From Octopus bimaculoides (lineage: Eukaryota), in contig NC_068982.1 in assembly GCF_001194135.2 (NCBI RefSeq), forward strand, positions 20,446,889 to 20,494,080: 47,192 bases of DNA. The letters are read 5' to 3'. A program made the position numbers and the translations under genes. Positions within the stretch are counted from its first letter, which is position 1; the number at the start of each line of letters is the position of its first letter. The notes beneath the pieces were generated by a model. The model had not been told where the DNA came from. It was given only the letters and a program-made list of their open reading frames with translations, and did not search any database. This document shows, piece after piece, positions 38,345 to 47,192 of this stretch.

Positions 38345-38510
38345 TTTTTTTTTCTCTCCTTGCTTCTCCCTTTGTTTCTTTCTGTGTTCCTTTCTGTGGA
38401 AGAGCGTAGGCTCGAAGCGTTAAAGACTTTCTCGATTCCCGAGCGTTATACTATGTGTTTTCTACACCACTTGTCTCCGTCTGTTGTTTGTTTTTTGTGA
38501 ATTTTTCCCA
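38345..38510 (+). mobile_element. Penelope-LTR-like repeat with a degenerate hammerhead
   Basis: CTTT-CTGTGGA-A-GAGC(GTAG)GCTC-GAAG-CGT-T-AAAG at 38390-38425. The surrounding sequence matches a recalled common Octopus repeat. Confidence 0.55.
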
Positions 38511-38714
38511 AATACATGGAACTATATGCATGAGAATACATGCATAAAACAAAGATACAAATCTACACATATGCATACATGAACACATACATAAGTACCC
38601 TGCTGATGTTGAAATTCCAATGAAGGATCGTTGGATCTACTTTAGGAACTGACTCTTTCTCTATTGGCAAGAAATCTTGAAATAAAACTGAATAATGACA
38701 TCCATACATAGATA

Positions 38715-38929
38715 CGAGGTGGTGCTGAAAAGATAGCACAAGAAAAAGATAGCACAAGAGGATCAGTTAATTATGATTTTATTCAAGGTATCTACCTCTC
38801 AGATGCATACACAATTTGCAGCGGTCCTTCAATTCTTGTAAGCCCTCCAAAAAAAAAACACGTAAATTTAGACTTCCAAGCAGGCCTTTCGCAATACCCT
38901 TAGAACCAGGAACTTTTCACCACCCTTCG
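38715..38929. mobile_element. mariner-derived MITE, 215 bp, TA flanks at both ends
   Basis: TA|CGAGGTGGTGCTGAAAAG ... CTTTTCACCACCCTTCG|TA. Minus strand encodes the transposase C-terminus LEGLQELKDRCKLCMHLRGRYLE*. Small internal tandem duplication AAGATAGCACAAG. Confidence 0.9.
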
Positions 38930-39330
38930 TACACACATACATACACACGAAGTTCCGCTGTTTCGGTTGTAACTCGCATGTTAATGTAGCATTAGACATA
39001 ACATAATGATATTCAGTTAAATTTCTGTTGTCTAAATGCGAACGATCAAGTGGATTCGGAATAATAATAATAATACAGTGCGTTGTGTCAGATTTAACCT
39101 GGACAACGGTTAAGGTCTACTAATTATTTCATCGATGTTGTAGCTATAACTGATTGAAATTTATTGTGAAATTTGTTTGAAGAATATTTGCTATTTGATG
39201 TGTTAATAACACAAACCAATTATTGACAAAGTGCGTTAATATATGTATAAAGCTTTGTATAACATTTTCATTTGACAATGCATATATTTGTGTGTGTGCG
39301 CGCGTCATTATCTGAGAATATATAATTATA

Positions 39331-39372
<42 letters not shown>

Positions 39373-39921
39373 CATATATACATATACACAGAGAGAAAAA
39401 GACGGAGAATGAGAGGAAACGTGGAGGGACGTTAAAAGACAGAAACATATACTTATGTGTGTGTGTGTATTCATGTACATACTAATTTAACGAGAATATT
39501 GTTCAATAAATGGTTGTTGAAAATATCATCCGTTCGTTATCTATTCATTTATTTACATGTCTTATCTACAGAGCATAGAGCAAAACAGATTAAGTATTGT
39601 AATATTCAGTTTATTATATAATATTCGAATATTAACTTGCAACCAATTTCTAAGTGTAATCACTTTTGTTTGTATGATAGGGCATGCAATAACGGATATT
39701 GATTTAGGTATTTTAGCTTGTTTATGGAACGCAACGGTAAAACTGCATATTGTATTATAATATTGTTAGGGTTATCGCCGGCCTTTATGTGTAATCCTCT
39801 GTGTATCAGTTAATGGCGTTGTGCTTAGATAATTTCAATATCATATTTAATAAACGTGGCTTTCTGGATCTAATAATTCCTGAAGAAATTTTATTATTCC
39901 TCCTAATATTATTAATATCGG

Positions 39922-39947
39922 TAATAATAATAATAATAATAATAATG

Positions 39948-40030
<83 letters not shown>
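39922..40030. repeat. (TAA)n microsatellite with no inserted element
   Basis: Direct reading. Confidence 0.95.
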
Positions 40031-42035
40031 CACTAAAACAATGATGATAATGTTGATAAGTAGCTGAATAAGTTAATATATGCATATGCGTATATATTCA
40101 TATTTTTTTCTCTATACAACTTTGTTTTTTGCCTTTCTCATTGTTATCGCCTTATTTACGGTCATCCATTCGGTAAANNNNNNNNNNNNNNNNNNNNNNN
40201 NNNNNNNNNNNNNNNNNNNNNNNNNNNNNNNNNNNNNNNNNNNNNNNNNNNNNNNNNNNNNNNNNNNNNNNNNNNNNNNNNNNNNNNNNNNNNNNNNNNN
40301 NNNNNNNNNNNNNNNNNNNNNNNNNNNNNNNNNNNNNNNNNNNNNNNNNNNNNNNNNNNNNNNNNNNNNNNNNNNNNNNNNNNNNNNNNNNNNNNNNNNN
40401 NNNNNNNNNNNNNNNNNNNNNNNNNNNNNNNNNNNNNNNNNNNNNNNNNNNNNNNNNNNNNNNNNNNNNNNNNNNNNNNNNNNNNNNNNNNNNNNNNNNN
40501 NNNNNNNNNNNNNNNNNNNNNNNNNNNNNNNNNNNNNNNNNNNNNNNNNNNNNNNNNNNNNNNNNNNNNNNNNNNNNNNNNNNNNNNNNNNNNNNNNNNN
40601 NNNNNNNNNNNNNNNNNNNNNNNNNNNNNNNNNNNNNNNNNNNNNNNNNNNNNNNNNNNNNNNNNNNNNNNNNNNNNNNNNNNNNNNNATATATATATAT
40701 ATACATATATAAACTCTCACATCACCTAATTCTTTATGGTTTATAAATATATATATAAACCATAAAGAATTAGCTGGTGAGGCTTGATATTTATTTACCA
40801 CTTAGATTCACGGACAATTTGGCGGAGTTACTGTGATAAGCACACGATTCTATCAATTCATACATTACACTACACTCACACACATTTGTATGAGTGTATG
40901 TATATATACATGTATGTATGAATGCATGTATATATGTATATATGCATGTGTGTGTATATGTGTGTTTCCTTGTGTATATATATATATATATATGTATATT
41001 TATATATTTAAACATTTATATTGAACTCTCAATATTTCATATATTCAATAAGATATTCAATACTTCATTTCATTGTACCATCCATCTTTTTTTTTTATAT
41101 TATATATTATATATTCCATATTCTATATCCCACAAAAATTTTACAAGAATATAAATAAAAAACATAAAAAACAGACAGAGTTGGAACTCTTCTAAATAAA
41201 ATAATATATTCCTCTATACACGATCATACAAAACCCTTTTTTTGNNNNNNNNNNNNNNNNNNNNNNNNNNNNNNNNNNNNNNNNNNNNNNNNNNNNNNNN
41301 NNNNNNNNNNNNNNNNNNNNNNNNNNNNNNNNNNNNNNNNNNNNNNNNNNNNNNNNNNNNNNNNNNNNNNNNNNNNNNNNNNNNNNNNNNNNNNNNNNNN
41401 NNNNNNNNNNNNNNNNNNNNNNNNNNNNNNNNNNNNNNNNNNNNNNNNNNNNNNNNNNNNNNNNNNNNNNNNNNNNNNNNNNNNNNNNNNNNNNNNNNNN
41501 NNNNNNNNNNNNNNNNNNNNNNNNNNNNNNNNNNNNNNNNNNNNNNNNNNNNNNNNNNNNNNNNNNNNNNNNNNNNNNNNNNNNNNNNNNNNNNNNNNNN
41601 NNNNNNNNNNNNNNNNNNNNNNNNNNNNNNNNNNNNNNNNNNNNNNNNNNNNNNNNNNNNNNNNNNNNNNNNNNNNNNNNNNNNNNNNNNNNNNNNNNNN
41701 NNNNNNNNNNNNNNNNNNNNNNNNNNNNNNNNNNNNNNNNNNNNNNNNNNNNNNNNNNNNNNNNNNNNNNNNNNNNNNNNNNNNNNNNNNNNNNNNNNNN
41801 NNNNNNNNNNNNNNNNNNNNNNNNNNNNNNNNNNNNNNNNNNNNNNNNNNNNNNNNNNNNNNNNNNNNNNNNNNNNNNNNNNNNNNNNNCGATAGCAATA
41901 TGCAACAACTCGAAAATCCAAACCAAAATTTTAAGATATTACTATACGACTTTATACTTCTGCGAGAGATCTTACTCACATCGTCGACTGTAGCGGTTTG
42001 TTTGCTATAAATAAACAATATATTAGATGACATTT

Positions 42036-42078
<43 letters not shown>

Positions 42079-42864
42079 GATGTCAATCCATATCATTGTA
42101 CACCTGAATATGTTCACTTCTGTGTTTCAACCAAAGCTTAGATGAGGCATACATGGTACAGCTATGTAAAAAAAGATCATAAGCTGGATGGTTTTAAGAA
42201 TGAAAGAGTTAATTTTGTATTCAAAGTGTACATAAAAGTAGGCAATAATCGAAGAGCTCTTAATTCCTTAGATAGACTTCTAAATGTATACAGAAGCAGA
42301 TAAAACCTTCATTGTAAGCATAATCAGCAATATTATAATAAATTATTTTCAGATGTTCACCGAATAAACATTAGAAATGCAACATTATTGTTTATTTCTT
42401 AAAGAAGCTCTCATTATTTCAGTGATGTTTGAAAAGACAATGGCTACAAAGATACAGAGAATATGACTATTGGTAACATTACAAACATGCGAATCGAAAT
42501 ATTAGACCTTATACCATATAGTTTACAGATTCATGGTAATACCAAAAGTTAACGATATAATTACGCGATCTTTTATGCATCACGAATCCATTTCAGAGAT
42601 AAGCTCAAGCTAAATAACGCAGTATTCAGTCATCTGACACAACCACCACGCTATGTTAGAGATCAAGATTACATTTTGGTATTAACACTGCTTCTACCGC
42701 TAAATTTTAAACAAGTCTACTGCGTACGTGTGTAAACCTGAATAAACATTGAAATACTACATACCGTTGAAGGGAAATTCGGCTGTTATCGCATTGCTAT
42801 CACTAAGGAACACATAGCAGGGTCAAATCACATGATCTCGGTGACTAAAGGGGATCATTCACGT

Positions 42865-43052
42865 CTGTCAGGAACGTTAGCATGCCGTATTTCATCTGTC
42901 TTTATACTCTAAGTTCAAAGTTCGCTGAGGTCGACTTTGCCTTTCATCCTTTCGGGATTGATGAATTAAGTACCAGTTTCATACTGAGGTCGATCTATTC
43001 GACTGGTCCCCTCCCCCAAAATTTCGGGTCTTGTGCCTAAAGTAGAAAAGAA
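42865..43052 (+). mobile_element. SINE family B with an alternative tail
   Basis: GAGGTCGACTTTGCCTTTCATCCTTTCGGGATTGATGAATTAAGTACCAG, then tail GACTGGTCCCCTCCCCCAAAATTTCGGGTCTTGTGCC. Confidence 0.85.
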
Positions 43053-44202
43053 TATGTAGCTACAACTTAGCGACAAGTATATTAAGCTATCGATAACTTT
43101 TAATTCACTAACCAAGAACTGCGAATTTTATCTGTATGTGAGTGCAGATTATTTTCCTGATAGTACACAAAATTATTAATATATAACAAATATGTATTTG
43201 CCGGAGAAAAAAAAGTGTTGCAATACAACTGCCAATGAACACCGTCTTTGCACAAGTCAAATAAAGAATAAATAATAAATAAATAACTGAATAAATAATT
43301 AAATAAGCGGAGCATATTTTTGCGACCGCTACCTACTGAAACTTAGGCGATACAATGCAGTGTAAAACAAATTTAACGTTTGCTGAAAAGCATGGCATAA
43401 TGTAGAGAAATGTTCGTGGCAGCCTCACTTTAATATAATAGATAAATATAATTTCTGGTATGGTTTGTTACAGCTGTCTGTCTCAAACATCTTATAGAAA
43501 CTAATGTCATTTTATGTATAAATTGCACATACTCCGAATTCCATCGACAGTCTTCTTATAAATTGCTATCTGTAATAATAAATATTTGTTTCAAAACGCT
43601 ATGTTTGAACTCAGAAATGTAAATCGATCAATTCTCGTTTGAAATATGGAAAATTATGCTTGAACGGCTGAGGTGACAAAGATATCTGTATATTCAGCAA
43701 CTCACTAATTGTAAGTATTCGTGTCATTTAGGATAGATCTAGAATATTTAGCTGATTTCCTCGTGAATTAACGAAGATAAACGGCATTAAGTCATTATCA
43801 CTAAACGAATTATATCAATGAACTTGTTACTAAGTGTCGATATAATCAAGCATCTATAATTATTGAGCAAAAGTGAGATGCAAGTTTTGATTAATAATGT
43901 TATATATTTTAATATAAAATCTCCGAAATATTTAAATGGAGATTAATTTATCTTCATAAACTGAAGTGCATCGCCCAAACCTATGTTCAGTTATTTTATA
44001 CACCATTATTGTCTTTCGATTTGTATTTCGTTTTCTCTATTGTCTCCATGTACATCACGCCCCAGTTCTCTAAAAATCGACACTTTCTCAAGCCCACATT
44101 CACAGAGGTACACACGTACACTCTGAACGTATTTACATGAACACATACATACATAATCATATATATATGTATATATATATGCATGTATACACATATATAT
44201 AT

Positions 44203-44499
44203 ATTCTTTCATTTGTTTCAGTCGTTTGACTGCGGCCATGCTGGATCAGCGCCTTTAGTCGAACAAATCCACCCAAGGACTTATTCTTTGTAAGCTGGGT
44301 ACTTATTCAATCGGTCTTCTTGCCGAACCCCTAAGTTTTGGGGATGCAAACACACCAACATCGGTTGTCAAGTGATGATAGATGGACAAACACACACACA
44401 CAGACACACAGACACATGCGCACGCACACGCACGCACGCGCACGCACGCATACACACGCACGCACACACTCACACAAACAAACAAACACACACACACAG

Positions 44500-44560
<61 letters not shown>

Positions 44561-44850
44561 NNNNNNNNNNNNNNNNNNNNNNNNNNNNNNNNNNNNNNNN
44601 NNNNNNNNNNNNNNNNNNNNNNNNNNNNNNNNNNNNNNNNNNNNNNNNNNNNNNNNNNNNNNNNNNNNNNNNNNNNNNNATATATATATATATACGACAG
44701 TCTTCTTTCAGTTTCCATCTACGGAATCCACTCACAAGGCTTTCGTCGGCCCGAGGATATAGTAGGAGATACTTGCTCACGGTGCCATGCAGTGGGACTG
44801 GACCCGGTACCATATGGTTGGGAAACAAACTTCTTACCCCGTAGTCATAT
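44203..44850 (-). mobile_element. SINE family A, near full length, with expanded internal (CA)n/(TA)n and a gap
   Basis: Tail 44203-44390, microsatellite and gap 44390-44694, head and body 44695-44850. Serves as the in-window reference for the other copies. Confidence 0.9.
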
Positions 44851-45100
44851 ATATCTATGTAATCGGTAACACAGCTTAGTCGCGCTAACAAAGGGATGTG
44901 GGTTCAGGCCCCACGCTTACAAGAAAGCCTACTTTTTTTCTTTCTGCCGAGCACTTATATGCACCATTATTAGACAGTTTTCTTTAGATATTTGCACGGT
45001 GATCGCTATAAGCATTAAGCTTGTGAAAAAATACCATTATTATTATTTACAGAATTGTAAAACTCGACACCGCATAGCAAAACCATTAGCACCGATACAG

Positions 45101-45131
<31 letters not shown>

Positions 45132-46124
45132 AGGTGCATGTGTGTTGCTAATCTGGCTCCGTCCCCCCCCCTTTAGTTTTCTGAATGTATGCGTGTGTAC
45201 GTATATCTGTGTGCGTGTGCGTGTACATGCATACATACATACACATGCACACACGCATACACATATATGAATATTGTTTATCACAGATGCCTTTTCGAAT
45301 ATATGTTCGGAATAACAGCAAACGCGATTGCATGCATTATGATACAAACTTACCAAAAATAGTGCGACGGTTTTAAATGATTAATTGAGAAAAAGGCATT
45401 TCCTCACCTGTAGCCTGTTACATTTAAAAACAACGTTACTGTAAAACTATAATTTAGTCATTTAATTTTAATTAGTGCTAGTCCCATGGTTGAACCTTGA
45501 ACATCAAACACCGTTACTTCCAGATAATGATGGAAATAAATTAGTAGTAGACGTGAGGAATAAAGATGTATAAACAAACTCACTAAAGAGTTTTAATGGA
45601 TATAAAAGGAATCAATTTTCAATTTAGATAAATGTAGTCTTGTAAGTTTTCTAACTTTTAATTAAATGTGATTGATATATATCTTAAACTCATTCGCCAT
45701 CTCTAATAGTAATTGAAACCTCAACTCCTAGTAGTAAATCTTTATATCAGTTTACATATCTGTAACTTTGATCAATATAATGAAGGTGATTATAGATTTT
45801 CATAAATAAACAAAATAATCGTTTTTGTGTCTTTTATCGAGATACGAGCCCACCAGACGCTGGTTCGCGTCATAATAATCATATATATTAATCTCCCGCT
45901 GGCACTTAAGACATCATTCAAGATTTCAGGTCTTGTATGAATTGTAAACATTTCTCACAAAATGTGAAGGAGGGTTACACAAAACTGATTAATATTACGT
46001 TTATCATCTGAGATAAATTGAAAATATAGTGTACATATAAGTCAGACAGTCGCTATGTGCTGTGCAACATTAAATTTTGAAGAGTAATTCAGAAATCGAA
46101 TACTTTTGTAAGATAAACCTTTGT

Positions 46125-46345
46125 GGGGCGCATGGCTTAGTGCGTAGAATGTTGGACTATTGATCGTAAGATTGTGGTTTCGAATCCTGGACCGGGCGAT
46201 TCGTTGTATTCTTGAGTAAAATGATCCATTTCATGTCATTCTTCCAGTCCACTCAGCTGGTGAAAATGAGTAATCTCTGCGACGAACCAGCATCTCCTTT
46301 AGGGAAAACGGAAAACTGGCCCTATGCACCTTATGGAGCGAACTA
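46125..46345 (+). mobile_element. tRNA-derived SINE family C (V-domain-like)
   Basis: A box TGGCTTAGTGCG, B box GGTTTCGAATCC (46176-46187), then TTCTTGAGTAAAA..CCAGTCCACTCAGCTGG..AATGAGTA..CTGCGACG. Confidence 0.75.
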
Positions 46346-46817
46346 ACCAAGGTGAACCTGAATGCTGCGTATTGCTCGTCATGTTAAAATAAAACATATT
46401 CTACCAAGGAAGTATCCTCGGTATGTTATTGTTATGTAACGATGTCGTGGGTAACAATAAATCTGTTTACAAATCCGCAAATTCTAAATAAATACGGAAA
46501 AAATATACTAAAGGAAAATAAGCATATATAGAGTAACGAAACGATACATTTACTAATCCTTTATCGTATATCAGGAAATCATTTCTAATTTAATCATATT
46601 AAATACATAAAGTAAGGATCTGACAATGCAAAGAAAGATACGCAACAGGGTATTGCTGCATGCAACGAAAACAAGTTGAATTTGCCGAATATATTTAGTA
46701 TTGATGGGTTAGCTCTCCATTAATTTTCTTCGTAACGCATAACATAGTAACGATCCGATAGTTTGTCACATCACTGTCATTGTACGCATACATACACACA
46801 TGACGATATGCACATGC

Positions 46818-46819
<2 letters not shown>

Positions 46820-46869
<50 letters not shown>

Positions 46870-47150
46870 TTCCGGTGTGAATGGCTTTGTTATACGTTGC
46901 CGAGTTTTACAATCCTTTAAATAATAATACATATATATATATATATAGGCTTAAAGCAGATAGCGATCACTGTGCAATGACTAAGGGAAAATAATCTAAT
47001 AATGGGGCATAGAAGCCCTTAACGGAAAAAACGTAGTCTTTACCATCCGCGTGATACTCAAACCCACATCCCATTGTTAACGGGGCTAAGTGTGTTAGCA
47101 TTACGCCAGAGAAACTTATATAAATAATACCAATATATATATACTTATAG

Positions 47151-47192
<42 letters not shown>
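46820..47192. repeat. (TA)n microsatellites (46820-46866, 46929-46947, 47133-47192)
   Basis: Direct reading. Confidence 0.9.

Noticed and set aside
46125-46200. tRNA gene
   Set aside because: A and B boxes are present but no cloverleaf or acceptor stem forms, and it continues into a SINE body. The same applies to the other SINE heads and to the faint tRNA-like stretch at 44870-44920.

Overview
No host protein-coding gene, tRNA, rRNA or CRISPR array can be supported in this window. It is AT-rich, microsatellite-dense eukaryotic DNA from a short-read scaffold with 9 N-gaps (about 3.5 kb, most abutting (TA)n, (CA)n or (TAT)n runs). The SINE families look like those I recall from Octopus genomes; this is recognition from memory, not a database result. 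Nearly all long ORFs in the track are microsatellite or gap artefacts. Recognisable content is decayed mobile DNA: three R4/Dong-like restriction-endonuclease LINE fragments abutting (TAA)n repeats, a Penelope-like RT remnant, mariner remnants and a mariner MITE, a TIR-complete Tc1/mariner derivative with 38-residue catalytic spacing, three tRNA-derived SINE families, and a 688-bp foldback element. The best lead is a minimal type I hammerhead ribozyme with an intact catalytic core and palindromic stem III at 906-950 (minus), inside a roughly 300-bp non-coding element between (TA)n runs. Three weaker hammerhead-like motifs occur at 18.1, 27.3 and 38.4 kb. Together they suggest, by inference only, ribozyme-carrying non-autonomous retroelements (Penelope-LTR or retrozyme-like) associated with microsatellites.
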